Shown piece by piece: positions 38,640-52,854 of a stretch of 64,000 bases of DNA; the first letter of the stretch is position 1; each line of letters starts with the position of its first letter. The stretch is taken from positions 84,444,001 through 84,508,000 of the forward strand of contig OZ336879.1 in the NCBI GenBank assembly GCA_965287045.1, in the 5' to 3' direction. A program made the position numbers and the translations under genes. The stretch is from Carcharhinus amblyrhynchos. Lineage: Eukaryota. Under the pieces are notes generated by a model that had not been told where the DNA came from, did no database searches, and saw nothing but the letters and a program-made list of their open reading frames with translations.

Positions 38640-39790
38640 GAACATAATAACATAAGAAATAGGAGCAGGAGTAGGCCATCTAGCCCTTCGAGCCTGCCCC
38701 GCCATTCAATAAGATCATGGCTGATCTGACGTGGCTCAGTTCCACTTTCCCGCCCTCTCCCCATAACCCTTAATCCCCTCGCTTATCAAAAACCCATCAA
38801 CCCACGTCTTAAAAATATTTAGCAAGGCAGCCCCTCCACCACTTCAACAGGCAGAGAATTCCAGAGATTCACCACCCTTTGAGTGAAGAAGTTCCTCCTC
38901 AACCCCGTTCTAAACTGCCCCCACTTTATCTTGAGGCTGTGCCCCCTAGTCCTACTGTCCTTTCTGAGCGGGAAGAGTCTCTCCACCTCTATCCTATCCA
39001 TCCCATTCATCATCTTATATGTCTCAATGAGATCTCCCCTCATTCTTCTAAACTCTAACGAGTACAAGCCTACTTCATTCAGCCTCTCCTCATAGCTCAA
39101 CCCCCTCAACTCCGGCATCAGCCTAGTAAACCTCCTCTGCACTCCCTCCAAGGCCAAAATATCCTTGCGTAAGTGCGGCGACCAAAACTGCACACAGTAC
39201 TCCAGCTGCGGCCTCACCAGTGCCCTATACAGCTGCAGCAAGACCTCCCTACTTTTATATTCAATCCCCCTCGCTATGAAGGCCAGCATCCCATTTGCCT
39301 TCCTGACCACCTGCTGCACCTGCAGGTTGGGTTTTTGCGACTCATGCACAAGGACCCCGAGGTCCCTCTGCACCGTTGCATGCTGCAGTTTTTCGCCATG
39401 TAAGTAATAGTCCTTCCTACCATTATTCCTACCAAAGTGGACCACCTCGCACTTGCCAACATTAAATTCCATTTGCCAGTTCCTGGCCCATTCGCCCAGC
39501 CTATCTAGATCCTTCTGCAGACTCTCCACACCCTCCGCGCAATTTGCCGTTCCACCAATCTTGGTGTCATCAGCAAATTTCGACACCATACACTCGGTTC
39601 CCTCCTCCAGATCATCTATATAAATGGTAAATAGCTGAGGCCCCAGCACCGACCCCTGGGGCACTCCACTAGTCACCAGCCGCCAATCCGAATAGCACCC
39701 ATTGACCCCCACTCTCTGCCTCCTATTTGACAGCCAATCCTCTATCCACGCTAACACCCTACCCCCAACTCCATGCCCCCTTACCTTCTG
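38640..39790 (-). mobile_element. Young 5'-truncated CR1 LINE, same subfamily as 30914-31998
   Basis: ORF 38819-39757 is nearly identical to the 31-kb copy, with a frameshift near the C-terminus and the same tail. Confidence 0.96.
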
Positions 39791-40100
39791 CTTAGTGTTA
39801 CAGAGTTAATGATAAATAAATATTAAATTTCAGTTTCATCTGCTGGATTCACCTGTGGAACTTAAAAAAACAGTTTCTACTGTTAAAACAAAAGGCATTT
39901 ACATGGCTGCCAGAGGTCACCTGACATCTACAACTGCATGTTGGTCAAGTTTCTGGAAGGTTCCAATGTGGATCACAATTAGAACATGTCCTGGCAGTCC
40001 TGAATCTCACATGTTAATATCAAGGATTACTTTAAAGATGGACTGAAACTTAAAATTGCTGCCACTTGCTTCAGTATACTAACTGCATTCCATTCTACCA

Positions 40101-40330
40101 GAATCATAGAACCATAGAATTCACAGTACAAAAGGAGGCCATTCAGCCCATCGCATCTACATCAACAACAATTTGACTCTATCCCCATAATCTACCCTGT
40201 TTATCACCCTGACACTAAGGGACAATTTAGCCTGGCCAATCAACCTAACCCACATATCTTTAGAGTGTGGGAGGAAACCCATGTTGACATGGGTAGAATG
40301 TGCAAACTCCACGTGGACGGTCACCCAAGG
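40101..40330 (-). mobile_element. HE1-type SINE, head lost at the MITE junction
   Basis: Tail gaatcatagaaccatag plus body. Confidence 0.8.
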
Positions 40331-40332
40331 AT

Positions 40333-41323
40333 GGAGACTATTTTACTATTTTGATTCGAAGTGCTGGGTGGACTTGAATCTAGAAGTGTTTCAGATCAAC
40401 TTTTAGACCTGTTCTCCGGTGGCCCCCATACACACTCTGCCTGAAAAAAAAATCAGCAATTCTAAATTGTGCTGCACAAGCCTGTGGGTGGCGTTTATCA
40501 TGCCTGAAACACTGCTGCTCCGATCAGAGCTTTCAAATGTGCATACGCAGTTAAAAAAGAGAAAAACGCTCCTTTGCCACATCGCTCCCGGGCTGCATAA
40601 TACCTCCCCAGGCCCCCAGGTGTTGCCCCACCCCCACAATATTACTGTTTCCCTTATCTCACCCCCCCCGCTACCCAGACAGATTGCGGCCCGCTGCTTC
40701 CCTTCCTGCACCACCACCCACCCCCCCATCACCGATCGCATGCAGAGTGACAACAGACCTCTCCATCCATCCTACCAAATGCAAGCAGAGTGGCAGTGGA
40801 ACCTCCTCCCTCCCACTGATAGCACATAGAGTGGCAGCGGACCTCCCCCGCCACCCCTGCCGTCCCACCAGAGAACAATCTGACCCGCCTCCCTCCCCCC
40901 CACCAGAGAGTGATCTGACCCACCTCCCTCCACCCCATCCCAACCCCCTCTCACACCACCGATCTGGGTCAGAGAGCCACTGGAAGGTCTGAACTTACCT
41001 CTTCAGAAGCTGGAATGTCCCAATCGGATCTTTGCCGGCCATGTCTGTTTCACAAGAATCTGGATGGGTGAACACAGCGGTAAAGGGGGAAGTGCCGGTA
41101 AACTTGAGCATCCAGCCCATTAATTCAATTCAAATGCATTCAAATATATTTAAATTGCCATTGCGCCCGTTTCGGGCGCGGTCCCGACTGCGACTATTTT
41201 CAACCATAGGTAAATGGGGAACAGCTGCGGAGGTGGTCACAGATCGTGCGACTCACCTCACTCCCGACTTTACTATGTTTTTGTGCCCGAAAATAGATGC
41301 AATGTGATGTTAAAATCGGGCCT
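40333..41323. mobile_element. Harbinger-like non-autonomous element
   Basis: Imperfect TIRs (GGAGACTATTTTAC / GTTAAAATCGGGCC) and homology to 11320-12846. Confidence 0.65.
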
Positions 41324-41849
41324 AAGGGAGCATGGTTTCATCTAGAATATGTTGATGCGCCCTTTCTGGAATCAGGGCAGAATTTTTTCGGTTCTAAGCG
41401 TGGTGGGCGCGGGAAAATTTGGAGAGCCATTGAATGAGTCATCTGGAAATGATAGCTTGGATGTTAAAAATTGATCATTCAGGCTGTAATACAAGAGCAA
41501 AGGTCTGGTCAGACATATGCTAATCACATCTCTGTGAAATACTCAATCATCATGGATAGAGAGGGCGTGTGGTCATAATCGGCATTTTGAAATCTCACTA
41601 ATTTAAACTCTTGCTTGATTTGGAGTAGTCTGAAGATTAACATCTGAAAAGCAGATGACGCCCATATCCGAACCTTGTCTGCCTCTCGTCTCTCTCTCTC
41701 TCTCTCGACTAACTTGAATCCTGCCTGCTAATATCTTCCCATGGACAGCAGACACAAGAGTGCAAATCCCAAAGTTCCATTTCCAGGAGAAGAACAACAA
41801 GGACTCCAGCTTTTAAAGCTGCCTCAGCCACAACAATAGCAAAAAGGGG

Positions 41850-42183
41850 AGGCAATGTGGCTAGACTATTAATCCAGAAACTCATCTGATGTTCTGGGAA
41901 CCCAGGTTCAAATCCCATTACAGCAGATGGCGGAATTTGAATTCAATAAAAAATATCTGGAATTAAAATCCTACTGATGGCCATGAAACCATGGTCAGAA
42001 AACCCATCTGGTTCACTAATGTCCTTTATGGAAGGAAATCTGCTGACCTTAGCTGGCCTGGCCTACATGTGACTCCAGAGCCACAGTTATGTGGTTGAGT
42101 CTCAACTGCCCTCAGGCAATAAGGGATGGGCAATAAATGTTGGTCAACCAGCGACACCCATGTCCCACGAATAAATAAAAAAA
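41850..42183 (+). mobile_element. Second tRNA-derived SINE family
   Basis: Homologous to 37905-38226. Confidence 0.75.
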
Positions 42184-42978
42184 GGATTTAATCAGTGAAT
42201 TCTTCATGTACTTGCCTTATCTAGTTGAATCTTAATTTGACCATAAGTTAACTCCACTACTTTGCAGCTTGTGTTTTTAGTTGGTTGTGTTTATGTGTGT
42301 TGTGACAGTTGGAACGTATGTTTTTTTTTAACATTGAGCTTTCTTTACCTGAAAGGGTTTTTAGCACAATAGAAAATATCTCTTGTTGTTTTAAACTCCA
42401 GGATCCTAGCTGACTGAATTAGCACCTTAAACAGTTAAACTGAATTGGCACCTTCATCCATATAAGATTCAGAAAACCCTGTTATGATCAACTGATGAAT
42501 ATGGAAAAGGGAAAGTCCTTGTACCCTTCTTCAACTGATGTAACAGTGGAGAGAACTAACTGATTAACTGCAACACATTTAAATGACTGCATGGAAATGA
42601 CAGCTCTGCGATAAATGAAACTTTGACACTAAAAAGTTAAAGCAACTGTAGGTCTTTAATGGCCCAAGCAAGAGTACATGATGTTTGCTGCAAAACTGTC
42701 AGTTGACAGTTGCACCAACTTATTACAGAGTATTAAAAATTTCAAACAATGTATTGGAAAGATGAACAGATTTGGAATTACACAGTTGAGAGTCGCAAGT
42801 AGAGACAGTGAAAACATAACTTCAGGTTCTGAGTTGCACTCAGTTTCAATGTTCCATGAAATGATAGTTTGGAAAGTTTACATACAATTAAGAGGCTATA
42901 GAAAAACGTTTGTGGTACCTCAGGGGCAGAACTATTAGGCGTAAAGCTTCATTTTGCACACGCAATGATTTACAGCCT

Positions 42979-43268
42979 TAGTTTTATTTATTATTGTCGC
43001 AAGTAAGTTTACATTAACACTGCAATGAAGTTACTGTGAAAATCCCCTAGTCGCCACACTCAGGCACCTGTTCACGTACACTGAGGGAGAATTTAACACG
43101 GCCAATGCATCTAACCAACACATCTTTTGGACTGTGGGAGGAAATCGGAGCACCCAGAGGAAACGCACGCAGACTTGGGGAGAATGTGCAGACTCTGCAC
43201 AGACAGTGACCCAAGCCAAGAATTGAATCCAGGTCCCTGGCGCTGTGAGCGGAAGTGCTACTGTGCTG
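42979..43268 (-). mobile_element. HE1-type SINE (alternative tail)
   Basis: Homology to 930-1227. Confidence 0.87.
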
Positions 43269-44789
43269 GTATGCCTGTAGCCCTAGTGAGGCAATACTTA
43301 TTGTTGTAGAAACTTGTACATGTTAGAATTTTACTTTAAACCTACTTCTTTATATATGCATGTATACCTAGGACTATAAAAGAACAGCAATTCCTGTCCC
43401 GCTTGAATAACAATCCCACCCTACATCAATATCCAGCTGGGCCAGTAGAGGGCAATAGATGGTAAGAGATTGTTGGTATGCGAGGTACACACCCATCTTG
43501 TTTAAGTTACTTTGGTCTCTGCTTCTCCACTCTACACCAAGCCATGGAGTAATTGTAGTGGCAACCTGTCCCATGCCCTCTGTCAACAACTGTTCACCAG
43601 GCACCAGGAGCTCATCAGAAATGAATGAATCATGACTGTTTAATGAGCAGTCCACACCTGACACCAAGTGAATCATTTTGCATTCACTCTCGGTATGGCG
43701 GAGATTGGCAATGGATTACTGGGCATATTTCATTTGAGCATTCCCATCCCAAAACCTCAGGGCATGTTTCCTCCAAGCTTTTATTGTAGCATACCCACCA
43801 CTCCTGTCTGCCAATCTTGGTATATATTGCCTTTGCAAATTTTAAATTCTGGAAACTATGGGGTTTACAGAAGGTATTGGATAGAAACTAAACATTGATA
43901 GGATTGTAAAATAGGCATTAACCCATCACCCAAACACTAGTCTTTTGCCCTATTGAAGTCAACAGAAGTTCATATTCACCCTCACATGGTTCAACATCCA
44001 CATGAGGAGGTTTCAGTTCACAGTGTATAGCGTCTGAAATCTTTGTTCGGGGGAGGATCATTGTACTTTCTTCCCCTTGTTTATTAAATCCTGCTCAAAT
44101 GAACTTCCTCTCCTGTTAAAAAAAACCTTAATCTTTAATTTTGCAGTCTACTGGGATCCATACTACATGTGAAACTAGTTGCTGCTGGTGACCTAGATTT
44201 TATGATACACTGAATTAATTCCGTTCTCTCCACTTGTCTGAAGGGCCTTGAGATTTTTTTTGACAAATTAGTCTATAATTACTTGATAAACTAATTGGGG
44301 GGTCGTGACCTCTCAGTTTTCAATGTAACATTAAGGCTTTTACAGGATCACAAGCTGAGGTCTGGGAAATTTTGGAGGGCCAATAAAATGCAAACAAAGC
44401 TAAGTATCTTCAGCTAATGATATAAAGATATTATAAATCATCAACCTATTTTGGGAAATGGGGACCATTTTGAACACTGACAGACTTAGCATCCATATTA
44501 AGTATTACCATAAATGCTTAATCATTTGACTCTTGTTCCTCCAGGCCATTGCTAGGATTGGGAATTTACCAAAGATTTTAGAAAGACCTCAACAAACGCA
44601 CAATTCTCAGGCCACAATTCTTTTATAATCATTTGACATTGTGCTTCGGAGATATGTTTCTAAGCATGAACAATAAAATGTCCATTGTTACCAACCTCAG
44701 TGAGTACGCATTTTAAATTCTAACGTTACTATTTTGCTCTGCAACTACTTGGAATTTACAAAAACAATGAATTGTTCAGTTCATTATTA

Positions 44790-45465
44790 CAATGAATTAC
44801 AGTGTAACCGCTATCACCCTATATTACACTGTAATCACCATCACCATACATTACAGTGTGATCACTGTCACCGCCTATTACAGTGTAATCGCTATCACTG
44901 TACATTACAGAGTAATCACTATTACTGTATATTACAGGTAATCGCTATCACTGCATATTGTAGTGTATTCGCTATCACTGTATATTACAATGTAATCGCT
45001 ATTAGTGTATATTACAGTGTAATCAATATCACCGTATATAAGTGTAATTGCTATCACTGTATATTACAATGTAATCGTTATTACTGTATATTACTGTGTA
45101 ATCGCTATCACTGCATATTACAGTGTAATTGATGTCACTGTATATTATAGTGTAATCAAATCACTGTATATTAGTGTAATTGCTATTACAGTACTTTCCA
45201 GTGTAATCGATATCACTGTATATTATAGTGTAATCGATATCACTGTATATAATGGTGTAATCGATATCACTGTATATTACAGTGTGATCACTGTCACTGT
45301 ATATTAGTGTAATCGCTATCACTATATATTAGTGTAATCACTATCGCCGTATATTGCTGTAACTGTTATTACTGTATATTACAGTGCAATCGATATCACT
45401 GTATATTAGTGTAATCACTATTACCGTATCGTTGTGTAATCAATATCACTGTATAACATAGTGAC
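44790..45465 (+). repeat. AT-rich minisatellite, ~27-bp unit (CAGTGTAATCGCTATCACTGTATATTA), about 25 degenerate copies
   Basis: Directly visible periodicity; yields a CNRYHCILQ-like 9-aa repeat in ORF 44734-45132. Confidence 0.95.
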
Positions 45466-46229
45466 ACTACCTAATCTACAAGCGACTTCAGTTCACATTT
45501 GTTTTTGGTTGGTGTACAGAAGTTTAATTTAGATTAGAATACTTCAGGTTTCCAGTCACATGCAGATTCTCAATTTAATAAGCATCAGTGGCCCAAATAT
45601 TTGTTTGATTTTTCTTAAGGATGCAAAATTCCATTGTGGTGTGGGCATGAAATTTGAATTGCCCCCACAAGCTGCCCGGTATGTTTTTAAGTCCAAACCT
45701 GGTTTTAACCTTCCGGGCAAGGGGGCTGACTCCTGATCTTCACACCTCAACTACAGATGGTTCCTGATTGGTAGGCATATCATCACTGCGTCTCATCAGT
45801 AACTGTAAATTTAAATGTGGACCTCCTTCTGTTTGTGGTATGTTTTATGCCATGCATTTGGTCTATTGAGTTTGACAGATCTGGTGACCTGGTAAAATAA
45901 GACTTTTTACCAATGTTGGACAATGTTCAGACCAACCCACTCAGAGCTAACAACATTTACCAAACCAGATCAGTTGAATTCAGCTGCAAGGAGGCGCAAT
46001 CTATCAGGCCTTCTATCCATTGTTTAGTAAATTCAAGACAGATGTAAAATTAATGCACTACAACTGCCATATATCTGAGGATGAGTCAGCAATCCCAGAC
46101 TGAGACGTAGAAATGAGGTGATTGATCCACTCTGCAGAGAATATGAATGGGGATCTCAGAGTGGAACTGATGTTGATAATGGAGTTTTGTTTAGGGCGGA
46201 CATAATAATAACCAAGGTTACTAGACAAA

Positions 46230-47987
46230 GTCTGCTGTGCAGACATGCCTTTTTTATTGCATGCCCACTCTGTGTCCTACTGATGCGCTCACAACTTCCG
46301 ACCAGTCAAGAGCGATGTAACTTTTGGTCATTGAAGATGTAGGTAGACAAAAGGTTTGGATTATCCTCTGCCCTCAAATCAGGTGGGAAAGTGGTACAGC
46401 TGGTGGGAAATTGAAGCAGTGAGGATTGCCACAGCCTTCCTGCCCCACCTGCCTGCGTCACCATACTCTCTGCCAGTAGATATGGCAGGAAACATTGGGC
46501 TTCCCAATTCAACAACAGATTCAATCACTTCAGGGACCACCAGATGAAGGGCGATGGTATCCCTAGGCTGGCAGCTCACTTTCAACTCTGCCCCATCATT
46601 ATGTATAGGGAAAAGTTCCCCTCCCTTGATCCCTTCTTCTCCTTCCAATTACCTCATATACCCGCTCCATTGTTGGGACGTGACTCAGTCTGAGCCCTAA
46701 TATTAACATCCACTGCCAATCTTTGTGACCCCTTTAACCTTGGGTTCACCTCACCTGGGACGGCAGCACAGGAATTTTCCTTATTTGCAGCAGTGGGACG
46801 AGGAAAGGGATGACCCCCTACTTGTTGATAAGGAGTCAACTCTGCAGACACAATGATCCCCTAACCCAGGAAATTGGGCGGGATTTGTGACACGATTGTA
46901 GAAGCCCTGCCTGGCACAAAGAGGAAAATCTTCTGTCTTTTTGCTGTGAACAGGATGTGTTAAATATCTGCATAGAAAGTGGCTGTTACTCGTATACTGT
47001 AACAGCAAAACACTGGCACGAATCTGTACTGTACGAACCTATATCATGAAGCATACATGTGTTGAATACAATCTACCTTGACATGATAATACGGTACACG
47101 ATATAAAATACTGCTATTACGTACATTTACTAGGCTTTAACATTGTCGCCAAATTATAAACACACATCTTATTCCAAAATGGAAATGCGTGGGTATGGAT
47201 ATATAATTATATATATAATCATGTACATATATGTAAAAAAAAGCTTTTACTAGTAAATTGGTCCTTTGAAAAATGGTGCTAAAAGATGAAGAAGGGTGAA
47301 TGGGAATGCTATTCATTCAAACTGTTTCATCTTTTCCAGGAGATTAGAACTCACTGTAAAATTGTTGCTAGAAAACATGACTATTACTGGCAGCCAGGAG
47401 TCTGACTCCCCTTGAGCTGAGCGCATTCCCTGTAATTTCCAAAACAGCTCTTAAAGCAAACAGAAGGCGTGACTTCAAACCAGCTTGAGAGGTGCCCCGG
47501 GCCACCGAAAGCAGGAAAACAAGTTACTTTATTGTCAGTTCCTCTTCCCGTCCTGGCCCACTTTAGGATGCTCTCCATCAACCGGGTCATCTATGGCCAA
47601 TCTGTCCTCCTCAAGGGTCTCCATTTGTTCTTGACTCACCCCAACAAGATTAAGCGGTGAGCCTACTCTACAGATTGAGGGAGTGTCAGTGGTGAGGACT
47701 CTGAACAAAGAGAACTTGTCCAAGACAGTCTTTTCTCTTGGAAGGCATTAACGCTACACATCCAAGAAAGAAACGCTTAAAACAAAATAAAAGATCATAC
47801 ACCCAGATCTCAGTCTTTTGTTCAGATTGATTTTCAGCTTGCAATTCTCTCATTTCAGATTCTGTATGCCATTGCGAATGAGTTCAGGAAGGAAACCTTG
47901 GAAAAGTTCCATAAAATGTTTTGCCTGCAATTTTACTCCTCCACAGCCCTCTTGCTCAGAGCCGTTTCTTTGTCCTTATTTGGGGTT
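46230..47987 (-). other. Probable 3' UTR of the LHFPL gene
   Basis: Transposon-free sequence downstream of the stop codon, with an AU-rich block at ~47000-47260 and minus-strand AATAAA at 47528-47533 and 46253-46258. The true 3' end is unknown. Confidence 0.55.
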
Positions 47988-48209
<222 letters not shown>

Positions 48210-48731
48210 CTAAACCTCCTTCCACTTCAGATCACACAAGTTGTACCCACAGAGTAGACACGAGATTTGCCACATGGTAAGTTCATGGTCGCGGATTTGG
48301 AATTCTGACTAAGTACAGACTGAGGAGAGGCAAACACTGAAAACCAGGAACTACTTTAGCCACTATTATCATGCAAATGCTTCCTGCATTCGTATCAAAT
48401 TCTTCTATGTTGTTTTCATGAAAGAGTTGAACTCTTCATTTTACTTGACCATCTTTCTGTTAAGATAGCAGACAGTGCCATTATAACGATCGTGGTGAAC
48501 AGTCTTGCATGAGGAAATCCAGCAAAGCTTGCGGTTGGGCAAGACAACTCATTGGCAGCCCCTGGAAACTGAATGGCAATGAACTCAAACCGGAATTTTC
48601 CAGCCCAACCTACTGGGAAGGAGGCTAGCCATTAGCTGCCGGTGGGATGTTGTGGTCCCGCCAAAATCAATGGCAATTTGCAAGGCTTACCCGTCCCATC
48701 ACAGGGGAACCCATGATTGGAGTTGACTTAG

Positions 48732-49055
48732 ATAGAATAGAATACCACAGTGCAGCAAGAGAGACCATTCGGCCCATCGAGTCTGTACTGACCACAATTC
48801 TACCCAAGTCCTATCCCCGTAATACCATGCACTTACCTAGCTAGTACCCCTGACACTAAGGGGCAATTTAGCATGGCCAATCAACCTAACCCGCATATCT
48901 TTGGACTGTGGGAGAAAACTGGAGTACCCAGAGGAAACCCACACAGACACGGTGAGAATGTGCAAACTCCACATAGCGAATGATCCAAGCCGGGAATCAA
49001 ACCCAGGTCCCTGGCGCTGTGAGGTAGCAGTGCTAAATGCTGTGCCACCGTGCCG
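48732..49055 (-). mobile_element. HE1-type SINE in the last LHFPL intron
   Basis: Full head, body and tail. Confidence 0.88.
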
Positions 49056-49333
49056 TCTCCTGTTAGTGCAGGACTTCTGGGTGATCTAAAGTATACAGAG
49101 GGTAGAGGATGAGTGACCAGTCAAGACAGCATTAGATCAGTGTAGGCAGATCCGCAAGAGTTTCAGTGGATGAACTGAGGCCAAATCAGGGGAAGAGGTG
49201 AAAGTGATTGTGATGGACAGCATATGGGGTTAAATATCAGCTCAGGGTGGTGGAATATGCTGCAAACAGTCTTCTATATTTTGGCCCCCAAAATGCAGTG
49301 GGATTTAAAATGGTTTATATAAGAATCAATTCA

Positions 49334-49513
<180 letters not shown>

Positions 49514-50930
49514 TCAACAGGGTAAAGGACAAATATCGTATACCTCATTGCTGTTTCACAACAAAGAACAAAGAACAAAAACAGCCCGGGAAACAGGCCC
49601 TTCGGCCCAACGAGCCCACGCCGCCATTTTAACATTACCAGTCCCCGCTCCACCCATGACCCTTATCTATGCTTACCTCACTCATTTGCACTTCATGTTG
49701 ACTAACATCAGGCTATCAAGTTTTAACATGAAATGATAGAGCCTTGACAATTAGTGGGAAGCAACGACATCCAAGGAGATGCCCGGGAACTGGATTTAAA
49801 TCCAACCAAGTCTGATGGGACAAAGTTCTGCTGTAACTCATGCAAATGAAACGAGTGATGGCAATCCAGTACACTTAGGCCACAATCCCAGTAGGTGCAG
49901 TCTAAGGACACCCTGTCTCACACCTGGTTCTACTGACTTCAGTTGCCTGAGATCTCTCACAATGATCAGCGCACAATTGACCGAAAGAAACAAGGGAACG
50001 CTCATTTTCAAATTATTGTATCATCTGTGCTGAAGTGTGCAAGGAAATCCGAGGAGGAATTTATTGTGAGACAATGATCTGCCCTGTGTATATAATATGC
50101 AAGCCACTTTGGTCACACTACATCCAGCAGTATGACAAACTAAATCAATTCAGCGAGAAGCATTTTCCTCCCTGGCCCTTATCAGCAGGCTCCACGGTGG
50201 GTAATTAGGTTGTCTGAACCATTATCAATGTTCCGCTGGCAAAGGGTTTGTGCCCTCTCCGTAACAACATCTTTGCAATCGTTCTTTTCGCCGAAATGCT
50301 CAACTAGCGAGAATATCATTACTGTGAGGACAACCAATTAGCAGGCTATTCCTATAGAAGCGGAGGTGAGTTCCTGATCATAAATTCAGCCCACAAGCAA
50401 GAGCCATTTACGTTAAACAATTTGTACAGAATAATAAATAACTGGACAGCAACTTGTTGGTGATGGATCAGACGTGTATATATCCGCTTGGTAGTGACTG
50501 GTACAAAGATGGTCATAGAATAATTTATCTCTCCCTCGGTGTGTGAAGAATTGTCAAGTTAAACGGTCACACTGAACATGTTGGTTCCTGCACATGTTTT
50601 CGGTGGTTTTCCTGAACTGTGAGTTAATTGATGTTATTTACAAGCCTGTGTTAAAAATAACAGCAACTGTAAACTCCAACGTAAAATGTCTCAGACAATT
50701 TATACTGGAGCTTATATTTGGTGTTATTTTTAAAACCAAGCTAGCTTTTATGCCCTTGTATAGTCAATCACTCTTCAGGGTGGAGGGGCCAGTTAGTACA
50801 GTTAGCTTGACAGATAGTGTATGGATCAGGTTAAGACCAACAGTGCTGGGTTCAGCCCAGGTTCTGGCTGAAATGGACTTAAGGTTTGCCTCCTCAACTT
50901 ATCTGTCATAAGTAAAATCACTGCAATTTG

Positions 50931-51356
50931 GGGTGGCACAGTAGTAAAAGGCAGGAGAGTGGGGATGAAAAAAATGTCAGTCATGATTGAACAGTGAGTA
51001 GATTTGATGGGCTGAGTGGCCTAATTCTGCTCCTATATCTTATGGTCTTATGGTTGACACTGCTGCCTCACAGCATCAGGAAGCCAGGTTCAATGCCGAT
51101 CTTGGGCCATTATCTGTGTGGAGTTTGCACATTCTCTCCCCGGGTCTGTGTGGATTTTCTCCAGATGCTCCAGTTTCCTCCTACACTCCACTGATGTGCA
51201 GGCTAGGTTGATTGGCTATGTAAAATTGTCCCTTGGTGTCAGGGGGATTAGCAGGGTGCGATTACAGGGATAGAGACTGGTTGGGGTTTTTGTCAGTGCA
51301 GACTCGATGGGCCAAATGGCCTGCTTTGCACTGCAGGGATCTTCTGCTTTCTATGA
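50931..51356 (+). mobile_element. HE1-type SINE with a CR1 tail fragment (~50945-51052) inserted in its head
   Basis: gggtggcacagtag | CR1 tail | cactgctgcctcacagc. Confidence 0.8.
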
Positions 51357-51384
51357 ATTTTCCATGGCAAGTGAATATTGGAAT

Positions 51385-51572
51385 GAGTGGAATCGGCTGC
51401 CATTGGTAGTGGTGGAGGCAAATTCGATAGGGTCTTTCGAGAGACTTCCGTATGAGTACATGGAACTTAATAGAATTGAGGGTTATAGGTAAGCCTAGTG
51501 GGTATGGATATCATCGGTGCAACTTGTGGGCCGAAGGGCCTGTTTGTGCTGTAGTTTTTCTATGTTCTATGG
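51385..51572 (+). mobile_element. CR1 3' end fragment
   Basis: WNRLPLVVVEANSIGSFER and a (TTCTATG)n tail. Confidence 0.75.
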
Positions 51573-51684
51573 ATATGTGTCAAATACCTGCCTTTGAACA
51601 GAGAAGATTAGTCACTCTTGTAGCCTGTCAGTTAGTAACTGCCTTTCCTTCAACACACATTGCTTGCAGACAATACAGCAAGCC

Positions 51685-51974
51685 TGGGTGGCACGGTGGC
51701 ACAGCTGCTGCGTGGAGTTTGCACATTCTCCTTGTGTCTGCATGGGTTTCCTTCCATGCTAAAAAATGTGCAGATTAGGTGGATTGGCCATGCTAAGTTG
51801 TTCCTTAGTGACCCAAGATGCGTAGATTAGGTGGATTAGCCATGGTGAATGTGTGGGGTTATGGGGATAAGGTGGGGGAGAGGGCCTGGGTAAGATACTC
51901 TGTCAGAGAGTCAGTGCAGACTTGATGGGCCAAGTGGCCTTCTTCTGCACTGTAGGGATCCTATGATTCTATGA
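51685..51974 (+). mobile_element. HE1-type SINE, internally deleted
   Basis: Head, partial body and ctatgattctatga tail. Confidence 0.8.
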
Positions 51975-52854
51975 AGCCAGCAGTCCTGGGACTCAACCAG
52001 TGCCACCCTATAAATATAGTAATCAGGATATGTTCAAATTTCTGTAGAGCAGAAATCTCTCTGTAGAGCAAGTACCTGGACTTCTTCATTTGGTATCACT
52101 TTACAGTAGTGTGAATATAGTGAAAGCCTCAGAAGTATGAGGACCTGCAGTTCTATCACCCTCATACCCGGTCCCATATCTTCCAACTGCACCTCCTAAA
52201 GTTTACCAATATTGTTGGCATTTCTTTTTGTTCTGATCATTTTAATTACTTCAAGAAACCTAATTTTAATCTGTCCAATTTCTCCAGTTAACATTAAAAC
52301 CCTTTCTCCATCCTTTTGATGCCTTCCAAAGCCATGGAATAAGTTACTGCCTCAGAATTATGCGATTCCCTGTTATTTCTTGTTCAAAATCCTCCAATTT
52401 GACTTCAGCTCATGCTATAATACTGACATTGAAATGGTATGAATCACAAATGGTATTCTGTGCAAGTACAATCTTTATCCCTCCACAAAATCTTCAGGCT
52501 CTATACCATATTCTACCAAAATCCCTTCTCTACAATCAACTTCCAAAATGGCTTTCTCCTCATTCCAACCACAACCGTTAAATATGGAGTCACTGCCCCG
52601 CCTCCAATAGCTTCCCTTCTTACCTAGCTCTCTCCACTTTGCCACGTTTACTTTCAATATCTTCCTCAAAACCCTGCTATTCAATTCAGTTTATAGTTCC
52701 TTCCAAAATAACCGCCAATATTGGACTTGTTGCTCTTCCCATTGGAATAAACCTTAATATAAATCACAACCCATCCATGAGGAATGCTGAAGCAATGCAA
52801 GCCATTGTGTGGCATGGTACATCAGAACTTTGTTACAAAGCTTCTGACAGCACA

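Noticed and set aside
44734-45132. Cys/His-rich 132-aa ORF resembling a metal-binding protein
   Set aside because: It is the translation of the 27-bp minisatellite, has a non-ATG start, and the frame is broken later in the array.
47535-47723. ORF with an acceptor-like site (VLTTDTPSICRV...GKRN*)
   Set aside because: It lies downstream of the LHFPL stop within the probable 3' UTR and has no recognisable homology.
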